A stretch of 64,000 nt of DNA from a virus (IMGVR_UViG_3300012920_000023:1-64000), one strand, 5' to 3'; shown: positions 27,796 to 38,901, numbered from the stretch's first letter. Numbers and translations are program-made. Notes: generated by a model not told the origin, from the sequence alone.

Positions 27796-30124
27796 ACAAC
27801 AGGACAATTTATTATTTGTCAGCAATCTCTCCGGGCGACACACCCGTCTAGGATCATCAAATAGTATTGCTATCACTAAAGACTTAGAAATCGGCGGTAA
27901 CCTCACGGTTTTAGGTACGATGACTTACGTCGATAGTGAGATCTTGACCTCTGACAACTACTTATTCATGAATGGTGAATACACCGGGTCAACAACCTCA
28001 AAAGGCGGTTTGATTCTTAACGCATCAATCGATAACCTCAAGAGGGGATCATTGAATAGTATCACCGCATCGACTCGTACAATTGTTATTGGCAGTCATA
28101 CCTCATTTGATGAGGGTGACATTATCGCAGTGGTTGGATCATCCGATAAACTAAATGACGGTCTATATGAGGTGGCACAGGCGTCCTCTAATCCCGATAA
28201 CTCGTCAACGGCGATTGTGCTTAAGAGTGCTCTCAAGTCGGGCTTTGAGGATATGTTTAAAGTTAGTCTTCTCGATGAGAGCAACACTAGCGGTTGCATA
28301 GTGGGGTTATGTAACATCTCTGTAATCCGTTCAGACTCTAGTGCCGGAACTTTTGAAACCGGCTTTGGGAGCAACACAACCGGTGGTACTAACCTTATTT
28401 CATTCAATGATCTAGCAGGGGCAGGCGGTGCGAGTCTTCAAACTGCGTATGGCGTGAGTAACTCGATCTCAATGACTGCAAGCGATGGTTCACTTACTGT
28501 TGCACCATCGGGAACAACCGGAAGTGAAGAAGTAGTCGGGTTCTCAATCAGTGGTAATACGGCATCGACGGTACAGACACTCAATGCGAACGCACTTAAT
28601 TTGAAGACTAACTCCGGTGAGTTAAACATCGAGTCAAGTGCAGGTAATGTGAATGTTAAGACAGCAAATACCCAAGACATTAAGTTGCTCACCGGTACAA
28701 GTGAGTCGAGCAACACTGATGTTTTTGGCCGTCTCCTATTAGACGGAAATGTTGTAAGTTTACGGGCTAATGGAAGTGCCGGTACATGTAACGTTTCCTC
28801 GGAGGGCACTCTTTCACTCATCTCAGACACAGGTGCTTTTATCGCTAACAGTTCTGCCGGGAATATGTTCTTAACCGCCACAGGAGGCAACAATGCTTTG
28901 AGTGCGGTAGGTTCGTCTGCGGATGTCTCTATCAGTGCAGGGGATAACCTTACTATTGATTCGGGAGCAGACACTAGTTCAACCGGCAAGGATATGACCT
29001 TAACTGCGACAGGCGGTGCGATTGCGATTACTACCGTTTTGCAGAGCACTGCTAGAGATGACATTGATCTTACTTCTGCAAAAGACATCGGTCTATCTGC
29101 AACAGAAGCGATTGCAGTATCTGCGAATGACGGTGCTATCTCAATCTCTGCGGTGACCGGTTCAAATAATACGGGTGGAATAACCATTGATGCAGAGCAC
29201 AACCTAACGGCAACGTCGAATGCGACGGCTGTTTTCGGCAATGCGACACAGAATCAAATTACCAAGATTACCACGTTAGGTACAGGCACACCGTTCGGAA
29301 CCGGCACATCAAAGTTGCAGTTGCTGACAGATGAGTTGACTGCGGAAGCACAGAGTTTCTTCTCAATCGAATCAGAGGGATCTTCTGCATCTAATGAGAT
29401 TAAGGCGACCGGCAGTAATAGTACAATAGAGATCAACTCTACCGGTGACCTCACTCTTGAGACTGATGCTCAACTTATCGCACAAGGTGACTCTCTTTAC
29501 CTCAAGGCAACTAAGACGGGCAGTGGAGAGTTGCTACAGTTAGTGGATGGCAGTAGTAACGAAATTGTCGCCTTAAATGATGAGCGTATTCGGACTAAGA
29601 GAACTCTGCTTTTAGGCGAAGATGTACTTCATAATGGGGCTTTGATTAGTGGTACAGGTACTGCGAAAACTGTGGGAGTAGGCATCAACGTGACTGTTGA
29701 AGCGAATGTTGAGATCGGAAATATCTTAGCGGTGACCACTTCTGCTCAGTTTGGCAAAGCACAGGCATCTCGCAGTGGGAATAGCACGACTGAAGAGTTA
29801 AAGCAAAACCCTCTAGGTGTGGCTATGGGCAATGGTAGCACCGGGGCAACAGCAACTGTGGCGATGAATACAGTTTTCGGTGCTGTAAGCCTTATTCAAA
29901 TGGACGGTTCTGTAAGTAGCACAGACGTAGGCTTGCCGGTGTACTTGTCTGCAACCGCAGGTAAGGGTAGCACGGCATTTCCGACCGGTAACGGCGATGG
30001 GTTGACCCGAGTTACACAGATTGGCACACTACTATCACACAACGGCAGTTCTGTTACCGGACTGAGTGGTAGTATCACCCTCTATCCTGTACTATGGAAT
30101 GTTGATTACGTCGTTGATAGATAA
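27788..30124 (+). CDS. Head/neck fibre or decoration-like structural protein
   Basis: G/S/T-rich beta repeats; GNLTVLGT..YVD segment resembles the long fibre; C-terminal VYLSATAG. Confidence 0.65.
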   Translation: MAKQQDNLLFVSNLSGRHTRLGSSNSIAITKDLEIGGNLTVLGTMTYVDSEILTSDNYLFMNGEYTGSTTSKGGLILNASIDNLKRGSLNSITASTRTIVIGSHTSFDEGDIIAVVGSSDKLNDGLYEVAQASSNPDNSSTAIVLKSALKSGFEDMFKVSLLDESNTSGCIVGLCNISVIRSDSSAGTFETGFGSNTTGGTNLISFNDLAGAGGASLQTAYGVSNSISMTASDGSLTVAPSGTTGSEEVVGFSISGNTASTVQTLNANALNLKTNSGELNIESSAGNVNVKTANTQDIKLLTGTSESSNTDVFGRLLLDGNVVSLRANGSAGTCNVSSEGTLSLISDTGAFIANSSAGNMFLTATGGNNALSAVGSSADVSISAGDNLTIDSGADTSSTGKDMTLTATGGAIAITTVLQSTARDDIDLTSAKDIGLSATEAIAVSANDGAISISAVTGSNNTGGITIDAEHNLTATSNATAVFGNATQNQITKITTLGTGTPFGTGTSKLQLLTDELTAEAQSFFSIESEGSSASNEIKATGSNSTIEINSTGDLTLETDAQLIAQGDSLYLKATKTGSGELLQLVDGSSNEIVALNDERIRTKRTLLLGEDVLHNGALISGTGTAKTVGVGINVTVEANVEIGNILAVTTSAQFGKAQASRSGNSTTEELKQNPLGVAMGNGSTGATATVAMNTVFGAVSLIQMDGSVSSTDVGLPVYLSATAGKGSTAFPTGNGDGLTRVTQIGTLLSHNGSSVTGLSGSITLYPVLWNVDYVVDR

Positions 30125-30134
30125 TAAAGGATAA

Positions 30135-30425
30135 ATGATGAAGAATAAGCAGTTAACGATAGGATTGGGCGATGCCCTTTCACGCATTTTGAACGTGGAG
30201 TTGGACAGGCGTGCTCGCATGAGATCACCTACTGAGTCAATCGAGGAGGTGAAGATGATTGTCGAGGCATTAAATGTTCACGAAATTCCTTTAAATATGT
30301 CATGCGAAATCGACCCCGGTGAGGGCGTCGGCGTGTTTGAAACGTCAGTTAAAACCTCCTGTTGCCGTATTAATAACGGTGGCCGGGTGCACACGAGTGC
30401 ACCAATAGGAGGGAGTCGGTCATGA
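30135..30425 (+). CDS. Hypothetical protein
   Basis: Operonic ORF; contains palindrome copy 4. Confidence 0.65.
   Translation: MMKNKQLTIGLGDALSRILNVELDRRARMRSPTESIEEVKMIVEALNVHEIPLNMSCEIDPGEGVGVFETSVKTSCCRINNGGRVHTSAPIGGSRS
30387..30402. promoter_or_regulatory. 16-bp parS-like palindrome, copy 4 (intragenic)
   Basis: GTGCAC-ACGA-GTGCAC, the exact reverse complement of copy 3. Confidence 0.65.
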
Positions 30426-30736
30426 GCGTCATTATGCTTTTGCTCGCCTGTTATGGCGTGTGTTTTACTTTGATAAATAAAGCAAAGTTTCTCCGCAGAA
30501 TCTCATTCTTCAATAAGATGTTTGACTGCGTTTTCTGTACCGGTTTCCATGCCGGGTGGATAACCCATTTGTTGGCGGTTTCATTCTACCTGCAAACCTC
30601 TATAGACTACGCAGACATCTTTATAATGGCTTTCTCATCGGCCTCTTTCTGTTATACTTTAGATACTGCGATCATTTATCTAGAGTATAAAACTGCTCAA
30701 CTAAAGAGCGGTAATAATAATACTCTACTAGGTTAG
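30422..30736 (+). CDS. DUF1360-like membrane protein
   Basis: TM helices around CVFCTGF. Confidence 0.55.
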   Translation: MSVIMLLLACYGVCFTLINKAKFLRRISFFNKMFDCVFCTGFHAGWITHLLAVSFYLQTSIDYADIFIMAFSSASFCYTLDTAIIYLEYKTAQLKSGNNNTLLG

Positions 30737-30744
30737 GAGGAAGC

Positions 30745-31482
30745 ATGGTCTCTCAGTCAACACAGGACATAAAAGATTACATAACACGGACTCTTGGAGA
30801 GGGTGTTGTTGCTGTAGAGATGACAGATGCACAGTTGCAAGATGCAGTTGATTCCTCCGCATTGCTTTATCATCAAATTATAGGCGTTTATGCGTATACA
30901 ACCGTAAGTGTTTCTAGTGGAGCCGGAGAGTATACTATGCCGGCAGATTGTATCTCAGTCGCAGAGGTATATTTCGACATAAGCAAGTCCGGCATTTATG
31001 AGTCGTTTGATTGGGCAGGAGTAGAACTCGGGCCAATGTCTTTTGGCATGTATGGTGGTTATAGAGATAGTAGCGGAGCAGGTGGAGGGTACTCTTATCT
31101 TGTTCAAGCACTTAACTATCGAGATCAATCAAAACGTATTCTCTCAGTTGATGAAGATTGGTTTTGGGACAGGGAGCGTCGACTCCTGTGTCTTACGCCT
31201 AAGAGCACTTCTGCTTCTGAGATTGGAGTGCGATACCAAACAAATAGTGTTGATTGGGCAAGGCTCTATCCACACGAGTATCAGATTTTTAGACGATATG
31301 CTCTTGCAGAGGCGATGCTTACATTGGGTAACATCCGAACAAAATATGGCACTATCCCATCGGCTCAAGGTGATCTCACTCTTAACGGAGAGGGCTTAAA
31401 GGGAGAAGCCGATGGAATCAAAATGAATCTAAGAGAGCAGATGAAATCAATCCGGCCACCATTGCCGGTGACTACTATGTGA
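30745..31482 (+). CDS. Neck/head-tail adaptor (gp13-like)
   Basis: YI.RTLG..VV.VEM...QL, RYALA...LG.IR.KY..IP...LTLNG. Confidence 0.85.
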   Translation: MVSQSTQDIKDYITRTLGEGVVAVEMTDAQLQDAVDSSALLYHQIIGVYAYTTVSVSSGAGEYTMPADCISVAEVYFDISKSGIYESFDWAGVELGPMSFGMYGGYRDSSGAGGGYSYLVQALNYRDQSKRILSVDEDWFWDRERRLLCLTPKSTSASEIGVRYQTNSVDWARLYPHEYQIFRRYALAEAMLTLGNIRTKYGTIPSAQGDLTLNGEGLKGEADGIKMNLREQMKSIRPPLPVTTM

Positions 31483-31528
31483 TTTATATGTTATTAAGTA
31501 ACAGACATACCCTCAAAGGAGAAGAACT

Positions 31529-32386
31529 ATGCTTTCAAGCAGTTTAGGCGATTTGCTCGCCACTATGGAGACAGTCCGTCAGATCGATGGAGTCCAAGAA
31601 TATGACAGTGCAATTGTCGAAGCCCGTCAAGAGCAAGAGAATCGCTTTTTAGACCAAGTTTTAGACTTAGCCGGGCAAGATGTTGTAGAACGTCAGCAAC
31701 GAACACCAACTAAGTACAGTGACGGTCAACTTACCTTTTCATTTGACAATGAAAACTATGCTAAGGCCATCATGGATTTGGCCAAAGCCAATGGTGTAGC
31801 AGATGGGGAGATTGTTCCTGACCGAAGCAACGGTATGATCAATCTACACATTATGCCCCATGTCTTTGCAAGTGAGCAGATGGAAGATGTGCGTCACGTT
31901 ATTTCTCTTGGCTTAGACGAAGATTCATATCGTGATTATGTCAAGATGGAAAAGGCTCTTAAAGAGGCGAATCCTAATCATGACGCACAGGGTCTGTTTA
32001 TGAAAGACTCTGCGATTAAGAAAGCGAGTGGCAAAGAGGGTTCAAGGTCTTTTCAGTTCTCCGCACCCAAGGATAATAAAGACCATAAACGCAATCGTCC
32101 ACATGCCCACGTTAATCCGGCGAATAATAAACGACAGACCTTTAACAGCCCTCAGTTTAAGTACAATAATCGACAGTATCGTTTGCGTGCAAAACAGGCT
32201 TGTGGTCGAAACGCAAGAAACTATTTCCGAGCGAAGATGGGGCGTGCACCGTTAAAGAGCAAAGACCTTTACCGTCGATGCCGTGACGGTAAGATTCCTA
32301 CTTGGGCCGAGTCGGTAACAGACGCATATACTGCAACAAAAGAGTATCTTGTTGGAAGACTGCGTCAGAGCAAACAAGGTAAATAA
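31529..32386 (+). CDS. Putative head-internal protein
   Basis: Acidic N-half, then LKE-ANPNHDAQGLF, then a very basic C-half. Confidence 0.55.
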   Translation: MLSSSLGDLLATMETVRQIDGVQEYDSAIVEARQEQENRFLDQVLDLAGQDVVERQQRTPTKYSDGQLTFSFDNENYAKAIMDLAKANGVADGEIVPDRSNGMINLHIMPHVFASEQMEDVRHVISLGLDEDSYRDYVKMEKALKEANPNHDAQGLFMKDSAIKKASGKEGSRSFQFSAPKDNKDHKRNRPHAHVNPANNKRQTFNSPQFKYNNRQYRLRAKQACGRNARNYFRAKMGRAPLKSKDLYRRCRDGKIPTWAESVTDAYTATKEYLVGRLRQSKQGK

Positions 32387-32389
32387 TCG

Positions 32390-32872
32390 ATGGCTGTTTA
32401 TACTCCCACTCAAGGCGAAGTTGGACTCCACCACTTTTATGAAGATGAACGAATCGGATTGAGTGGACAAGAGGGGGAGTATTATACAGTCAATCGTGCA
32501 CGCAATGTTGACCCTCTGTACAATGAACCTACTGCAAATGCCGGTGGGTGGGGTTTTGAACCTGTATTTAAAGCGATATTTGCAGTCGAGTTTGAGACAG
32601 CAGATAACGTAGAAATCGAGGTTCAAGACCGGGGTTATCATGAGGACGCAAATGTGAAGATCACGGTCTCCTACCTTGAATGGCAGAGGAAGTCTCCGGA
32701 CTTAGCAAAGTATCCTCAACCTAAAGAGGGCGATATCGTTTACGTTATGGGCCGTTATTTTGACATTGTGAAAGCCAAGGATAAAGGGCGTCTTGTTCAT
32801 TCAAATACTCCATCGGGCTATGTTATAGAGGGCCGACAGAGAACTAAGCATTTACCGCAGAGAAGAATCTAA
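32390..32872 (+). CDS. Head closure/neck protein (gp14-like)
   Basis: DPLYNE and PKEGDIVY motifs; position. Confidence 0.7.
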   Translation: MAVYTPTQGEVGLHHFYEDERIGLSGQEGEYYTVNRARNVDPLYNEPTANAGGWGFEPVFKAIFAVEFETADNVEIEVQDRGYHEDANVKITVSYLEWQRKSPDLAKYPQPKEGDIVYVMGRYFDIVKAKDKGRLVHSNTPSGYVIEGRQRTKHLPQRRI

Positions 32873-33241
32873 ATGATACCTGTTGAGTTGGTAAAGAAAG
32901 CCACAGACAGTGGGGTGGTTTTTACATGTGCTATGTGCTTAAACTTTTGGCGTGCAAAGGCGAGCAACTTAAATGAGTGTAGGCCATTACTCAGTAGCGA
33001 GTGCTCCGGGCCACTCCGGGGTAAAGGTTATCCTCATTATGACGGGGTTTTAAAAGGGAACTTACACACGGCCTGTTTTGTGTGTGGGTGTAAACCCGAT
33101 GGAGTTTTAAAGACTCACGACGGGGTTATGGTTGGTGTCTGCAACAAGCATCGAGATGCTCTTTTTGATTTCAGTGGGCCGGTAGATGGTCGCCCCGAGA
33201 CTGCCGATTCATTGAAAGTAGAAGAGAAGACAGATGCCTAA
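32873..33241 (+). CDS. Cys-rich hypothetical protein
   Basis: CxxC, CFVCG and CxxH motifs. Confidence 0.65.
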   Translation: MIPVELVKKATDSGVVFTCAMCLNFWRAKASNLNECRPLLSSECSGPLRGKGYPHYDGVLKGNLHTACFVCGCKPDGVLKTHDGVMVGVCNKHRDALFDFSGPVDGRPETADSLKVEEKTDA

Positions 33242-34073
33242 CTATAAGTCGTCACGCACAAGTATATCGCCGATGATTCTCCCGGATAGAAAGACAGAGA
33301 GAGCCTACAAGGAAATTGAAGTCATGCCGGAGAGGGTTACTGAGGGGTATAAACTTGTCGCACTTGAAGCGACTACAATCGTTCTTGATTTTATAAAAAG
33401 GAACGCACCGATAATAGATAATGATGATTACTCTGCAAGGCTTGAGCCGGTCTATTCAGTCAGTAGTGATGGGACTGTAAATGTCTCTATCATAGGTAAA
33501 AACTTGGATCGAAAGACGAACGCCGAGGACGCTACTTCAATCGCTTTCCTTTATGCCAAAGGTATGCTTGAACCTAAGACAGCAAAGGCTTATGAGGTGC
33601 TTAGGAAGTATCAACCTTGGCCGGTAGGATTATATCCCTTACCCACGGGTGGCAGTAATGGCATTGGCCTTACGATAAGAAAAGTATCCGGACTTGAGTA
33701 TCAAACCCAAACTCTTAGGATTAATAAGAGTAAGAGTCGTATTGAGGGCACTTTGAGAAGTCTAGGGTTTGATGTAAATATAGCGACGAGTTCAGAGCCG
33801 AAAACTGTGCAGACAGACTTGGCTTTTGCTATCTTGCAGGTTGAGTATGGAATCGGTAGGAAAGCAGATTCTCATTGGAGGACTGCTATCTCCCGGCTAA
33901 AACGAGAGATCGGAGTACTCCAAGGCAAGTTTAAGCGTTTTATTGCCGAGGGACGGGAATCAATTTTTGTTATTGACAACACCATTGTAGAAGTGTCAAA
34001 AATAAAAGACTTAGACTCGCAATTACAAGAGCGTGTTGCTCAAAGTACCGGTTTAAAAGTTGAAAAACAATAA
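33234..34073 (+). CDS. Hypothetical neck/tail-completion region protein
   Basis: Position; ILQVEYG..HWR segment. Confidence 0.6.
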   Translation: MPNYKSSRTSISPMILPDRKTERAYKEIEVMPERVTEGYKLVALEATTIVLDFIKRNAPIIDNDDYSARLEPVYSVSSDGTVNVSIIGKNLDRKTNAEDATSIAFLYAKGMLEPKTAKAYEVLRKYQPWPVGLYPLPTGGSNGIGLTIRKVSGLEYQTQTLRINKSKSRIEGTLRSLGFDVNIATSSEPKTVQTDLAFAILQVEYGIGRKADSHWRTAISRLKREIGVLQGKFKRFIAEGRESIFVIDNTIVEVSKIKDLDSQLQERVAQSTGLKVEKQ

Positions 34074-34094
34074 CAATCAGAGGAGAGAAGTAAG

Positions 34095-34277
34095 ATGAGT
34101 AATGAGAATCTGCAAAAAATGGCCTTGGCTCTTTCAGACGTAGAAGCAGAGTTAAAACGGCGTCGAGAGGCAGAAACGATGGGTGAGCCATCAGAGGAAT
34201 TTCTTGATGCGTTCGATGATCTTGAAGACCTTGAAGATTATTTTGATGATGAGGTGGTCGACAACGACGACGAGTAA
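34095..34277 (+). CDS. Small acidic protein
   Basis: GAGGAG RBS; D/E-rich C-terminus. Confidence 0.65.
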   Translation: MSNENLQKMALALSDVEAELKRRREAETMGEPSEEFLDAFDDLEDLEDYFDDEVVDNDDE

Positions 34278-34321
34278 CGATAAACTCTATTCTACCTATG
34301 GTTTTTCATAAAGGTAGATAG

Positions 34322-35032
34322 ATGGCCACTCTCTATACAATCGATCTGCGTGCTTTTGATAAAGGTGTCTTTGAGACACTAGGGGCTAGTCTCGCCGATT
34401 ATACTGTAGACGGTGAAACCCGTAAGGTATATGGGCGAGAGTTCCCGGGCTTGCAGACCAATATCGATGGCATGGGAGGTAGAGTGCCATATTTTTTCGC
34501 TATGCCGGAGGATGTCTATCAGTCATTCGTTTTGCCTTGTGTCTTAATAAGGCGAACTTCAATGACAACCGCATTTGAGAGATCACCTTATTTCGGGTAT
34601 GAGAGAGTGCCCGATGTAAATGCGAATCCAATAACAGTAACTCGCCCGGATGGGACGGTACTACAAGGGTTCGATAAGTATGCCCAAAAGATAACCTCCA
34701 CGCCGATGAATATCGGATATGATGTTCAGATATTCGCTCGCACGCAGAGAGATTTTCTGATCATCTTCCAAAACTTAATGATGGGCATGAGACCGCCATT
34801 TTTTACATTCGGTGCTGTAGACACGGGCAACTGTAGACGTTTATATGATGCAGGCCCGGTTACGATTGCAGACAGTTCGGAACTTTCCGAGGTTGGAGAT
34901 AGGACAATGTCTGCAACAATCTCATTTGAGGTTCAAGGGGAGATAGATTATCGTTATGAAAACAATAGTCTGCCACCGCTAACTGATTTGCCGAATATTG
35001 AACTATCACCACCAATCTTACGAAGAGGATAA
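34322..35032 (+). CDS. Tail terminator/sheath stabiliser (gp15-like)
   Basis: LPCV...R and P.NIGYDVQIFAR motifs; position before the sheath. Confidence 0.7.
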   Translation: MATLYTIDLRAFDKGVFETLGASLADYTVDGETRKVYGREFPGLQTNIDGMGGRVPYFFAMPEDVYQSFVLPCVLIRRTSMTTAFERSPYFGYERVPDVNANPITVTRPDGTVLQGFDKYAQKITSTPMNIGYDVQIFARTQRDFLIIFQNLMMGMRPPFFTFGAVDTGNCRRLYDAGPVTIADSSELSEVGDRTMSATISFEVQGEIDYRYENNSLPPLTDLPNIELSPPILRRG

Positions 35033-35037
35033 AAGTT

Positions 35038-35313
35038 ATGGGCTTTTATAAAAATCAATCGGGACGTCCTATTAGTGTCACACATGGTATCGATGACGCT
35101 TGTGTGGTTCCACCGAATCATTATGTCGAGATAGACCCTAGAGTCGAAAGACAGTATGATACTAAACGACTCGTCCGATTGGGGATACTCGTTCGTTGCG
35201 GAACACCATCAAGTAAAACCAATGTGATTAGGCCACAAGAAGTAGCCCGAAAAGTAGTATCTGTTGCTCCGTCGCACTTTGCAGAGTCATTGATTGAATA
35301 CAAAAAGAACTAG
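35038..35313 (+). CDS. Hypothetical protein
   Basis: Operonic ORF. Confidence 0.65.
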   Translation: MGFYKNQSGRPISVTHGIDDACVVPPNHYVEIDPRVERQYDTKRLVRLGILVRCGTPSSKTNVIRPQEVARKVVSVAPSHFAESLIEYKKN

Positions 35314-35344
35314 ACGTTAATTTTTCACTTAGGAGCATATAACC

Positions 35345-37807
35345 ATGTCTACTTATACTTATCCCGGGGTCTATATTAAAGAAGTACCCAAAGGGCCGGG
35401 GCCGGTGCAGGGCGTTTCAGCAAGCACTTGTGCGATGATCGGCTTTACCGAAGAGGGGGTTGTTGATCAACCAACATTAGTTACAAGTTTCCCCGAGTTT
35501 GTAGCATCTTTCGGTAACTTTACCACTTCAAGTCGTTTACCGACTTCTGCTTTTGCGTTTTTTCAAAACGGAGGACAGAACCTAGTCGTTGTTCGCACTG
35601 TAGGTGATAACGCAGAGGAAGCGAAAGGGATTATCGACGAGCCATACGCTAACTTAACCTCAGATGTAGCACCGGCTCCAAACGGTAATGCAGGAACCTT
35701 TACATTTAACCTTGAGCACACTCCGATTGTTCCCGGTTCATTGACGTTCACCTTTAATGGTAATAACTATACATCAGATGCAAGCGGTGTTCTCACGTTC
35801 CTCAATCAACCGCAAGGGAATAGTGGGTCAGTAAACTATCAAACCGGTGCGGTCTCGCTCACTGTCACTGCCAATGTTCCTCTCCTTGCACAGGTTCAAA
35901 CGATTACCTATAAGAACGCAAACATTACATTCTGTGCGTCATCACCCGGCATTTGGGGGAATGGCTTACAGGTTGTTCTTGAGGGCGATGATAACTCAGT
36001 CGATGCAAACGACGAATACACCTTATTCAATCTGATTGTAGAACGCTTAGATGACGATGGCAATTATGTACCCGTTGAGGTGATTAACGGAATTAATTTT
36101 GATGAGGACTCCGCTTCATTCATTCAAACGCTTGTTAATGACGACCGACGAGGGAGTGATCTCATCACTATTGTCGCAGGAAGTTCTCCAAAGACTCCTG
36201 CCGGATTAAGAGACAGACAGAAGACAGCACTTAAGAACTCTGCTCCTGCTATCGACGGAACTTCTCAGCAGTTGACTTATACACTAGGTGAACCTGTTAA
36301 CTCGAACACACTTCGTGGCGAGATTGTGATCGGTGACACTTTTGTTGATGCGATTAATAACAATCAATCATCCGGGTTTACTATTCCAAACTTTAGAGAT
36401 GTGACCGGTCAAACGAGTATCAATGCTCTGATTACCTACAGCGACAATTCAACAGAGTTGCTCACTTTTAATCAAGCACAGGCCGGAACAGCAATGACGG
36501 CAGGTTTTGAGAAGGACGCAGATGCGAATAATGCCCAAGAGGGTCTTCTTAAGGGTAACATCGTTATTCAAGCAAATGATGGCTCTTATGCTATTAATCT
36601 CTCCAATAATGAAGCGAATGCCCCAACCATCGCAAACATTACTTGGTCGTGGATACGTGCAGACAAACTCATTGTAGAAGATGATGGCACTAATGAGTTA
36701 GTGGTCGTTTCCGCCCCGGTAGGCTTGTCACTCAATCCTAATGGTGAAAACAAGATCGACCTAGCGACGGGTGAGGTTAAGTTACACCCGACCTTTGCAC
36801 AAGTAGGCAGTCTGCCCGAACGTGGCCCTGCTCCTGTCCTTGGTCTTACCGGAGAAATGTCTTTTACATATACCGTTGACACCGTTGCGACTCAGTTGAG
36901 CGTTGCTTTGACCGGTGGTGCCGACGGCGGTGCTTTGACAAGGGGGAATGTTTCAAATCCTACTTTGGCAGGGGATGAAAAGGGCTTATATTCACTAAAC
37001 AAAACCGAGGCTTTGTTGAATGTTTGTATCCCGGACTTTGCATCGAACACGGTTGTCTCTCAAGACCTCATTGATTACTGCGAGACTCGTAAAGATCGAT
37101 TTGCGATCATCTCAGTACCGGAGGGTTTCACTTATAAAGAGGCTATTGAATACAAGCGAAACACTTTACTGCGAAACAGCAATCGTTGTGCGATCTACTA
37201 TCCGCATTTGAAGTTGATTGATCCCATCTCCGAGAACGAGATCAACTTCCCGGCGGTGGGTCACATGGCAGGTATTTATGCACGAACAGACTCAACCCGA
37301 AATGTGTCTAAAGCACCTGCCGGTACTGTGGATGGTCGTTTAGCATTTGCGAGTGGAGTTGAGGTTGAGTTGACTCCGCAACAAGCCGGTTTTGTAAATA
37401 CCGCACACATTAACAACCTCGTCTCTTGGCCATTCACCGGCTTAGTGGCTTGGGGTGCTCGCACCTTAGAAGCAAACGGCGACTTCCCTTACATTCAAAT
37501 GCGACGCCTGTTCATGTTTGTCGAGAAGTCAGTGTTCAACGCTACTCAAGGTTTTGTGTTTGAGTCTAATACAGCAGGTCTGCGTGCAAGCATTAAACTT
37601 CAAATTGAAGCGTTCTTATTGAGTCTTCATCGCAGTGGTCACTTTGCCGGTACATCACCTGCACAGTCATTCTTTGTGATTTGTGACACATCTAACAATC
37701 CTCAGAACTTGATCGATCAAGGTCAACTTACTGTGGATGTTGGTATCGCTCCGACTAAGCCTGCCGAGTTTATCATCTTCCGTTTCCAACAGAAGACCAT
37801 ATCCTAG
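35345..37807 (+). CDS. Tail sheath protein
   Basis: YPGVYIKE, FFQNGG, ARTD..R.V.KAPAG, WGARTL, FESN, KPAEFIIFRF. Confidence 0.96.
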   Translation: MSTYTYPGVYIKEVPKGPGPVQGVSASTCAMIGFTEEGVVDQPTLVTSFPEFVASFGNFTTSSRLPTSAFAFFQNGGQNLVVVRTVGDNAEEAKGIIDEPYANLTSDVAPAPNGNAGTFTFNLEHTPIVPGSLTFTFNGNNYTSDASGVLTFLNQPQGNSGSVNYQTGAVSLTVTANVPLLAQVQTITYKNANITFCASSPGIWGNGLQVVLEGDDNSVDANDEYTLFNLIVERLDDDGNYVPVEVINGINFDEDSASFIQTLVNDDRRGSDLITIVAGSSPKTPAGLRDRQKTALKNSAPAIDGTSQQLTYTLGEPVNSNTLRGEIVIGDTFVDAINNNQSSGFTIPNFRDVTGQTSINALITYSDNSTELLTFNQAQAGTAMTAGFEKDADANNAQEGLLKGNIVIQANDGSYAINLSNNEANAPTIANITWSWIRADKLIVEDDGTNELVVVSAPVGLSLNPNGENKIDLATGEVKLHPTFAQVGSLPERGPAPVLGLTGEMSFTYTVDTVATQLSVALTGGADGGALTRGNVSNPTLAGDEKGLYSLNKTEALLNVCIPDFASNTVVSQDLIDYCETRKDRFAIISVPEGFTYKEAIEYKRNTLLRNSNRCAIYYPHLKLIDPISENEINFPAVGHMAGIYARTDSTRNVSKAPAGTVDGRLAFASGVEVELTPQQAGFVNTAHINNLVSWPFTGLVAWGARTLEANGDFPYIQMRRLFMFVEKSVFNATQGFVFESNTAGLRASIKLQIEAFLLSLHRSGHFAGTSPAQSFFVICDTSNNPQNLIDQGQLTVDVGIAPTKPAEFIIFRFQQKTIS

Positions 37808-37817
37808 GAGAACTTAA

Positions 37818-38300
37818 ATGCCGAATATCATCGTCCATGAGGTGTTAAACGCCACCACTATAAACGGGGAATTGCCCGATGTTACTGCGACCACTCAAGT
37901 TAGCACTAAGCCAACTTATGGTGGGATTACTGAGTTCTTTGCAGGCTGTTCCAAGGCCGGACGTGTTGATGCAGGCATACAAGGAAACAGTCTAGTCGGT
38001 ATAGGTGCAAACTTGTCCGGGATTGCTAGTTTCAAGGTAATCATTAGGGATCGAGACACAGTGTACTCTACCGGTGCAGTTCCTGCGTTTGAGGTACTTG
38101 ATAGCACAGAGAACGAGTTTACAGACCGTGTCAAAGACGTAAACTCATTTTATTATCAGTTCAGAGATCCTGTTATGATACCGCCAAACCATAGCGTTGA
38201 GTTTGTAACGGCTCAAGCATCCGGCGTTGGCAGACTGTTTTTCGTACTTGGCTCCGGGTTTCAACGTGGAGCAGGCTTTGTGAGTGTAATTTCAAATTAA
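37818..38300 (+). CDS. Hypothetical protein
   Basis: Between sheath and tube; AGGAG RBS. Confidence 0.7.
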   Translation: MPNIIVHEVLNATTINGELPDVTATTQVSTKPTYGGITEFFAGCSKAGRVDAGIQGNSLVGIGANLSGIASFKVIIRDRDTVYSTGAVPAFEVLDSTENEFTDRVKDVNSFYYQFRDPVMIPPNHSVEFVTAQASGVGRLFFVLGSGFQRGAGFVSVISN

Positions 38301-38314
38301 AAGGAGAGACTATT

Positions 38315-38881
38315 ATGGCTCGTGCAATAACAGAAGATTTTTTACAAAACTTTAGATTCCAAGTAGAGATGGCTAACCAAGCAGGTAGTTTTAACTACTT
38401 TACCGGAGACTCTGCTTCCAATGCAGATCGCCCGGGTGGTGTAGCAGGCTTTCAGTCGTGCACGCTCCCCGAGATTAGTTCGGAAGCGACTGAGTACCGT
38501 GAGGGGACGTTTAAATACACACGCAAATTCAACGGTGTAGCATCGGTCACAGATGTATCGCTTATGCGTGGTTTAGCCCTAAACGACAGTGCATTGTTCT
38601 CGTGGATGATGGATGCTATCGGTGGCGGTGAGTCTCGTGCCGACATTGCAATCAAGCAGTTTAGCCGTGGTGCTTTAACTGTTCTTGAAAACGGTGTAAG
38701 CGTTCCCGGTGAGGGAGACTACGCAGAGGCAGACGGGGCACAGACTCGTATCTATACCTGCTTTAATGCTATTCCGATTCGGTATAAACCGGGAGCAGAT
38801 CTTGACGCTACATCTTCGGAAGTGTCTGTTCAAGAACTTGACCTCGCCATAGAGTTTTTCACGATCTCCGTCGGAACTTAA
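38315..38881 (+). CDS. Tail tube protein (gp19-like)
   Basis: NFRFQVE, AGFQSC..PE, EYREG, DLDATSSEVSVQEL. Confidence 0.92.
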   Translation: MARAITEDFLQNFRFQVEMANQAGSFNYFTGDSASNADRPGGVAGFQSCTLPEISSEATEYREGTFKYTRKFNGVASVTDVSLMRGLALNDSALFSWMMDAIGGGESRADIAIKQFSRGALTVLENGVSVPGEGDYAEADGAQTRIYTCFNAIPIRYKPGADLDATSSEVSVQELDLAIEFFTISVGT

Positions 38882-38901
38882 GTGATAGAGGGATTCTCCA
38901 A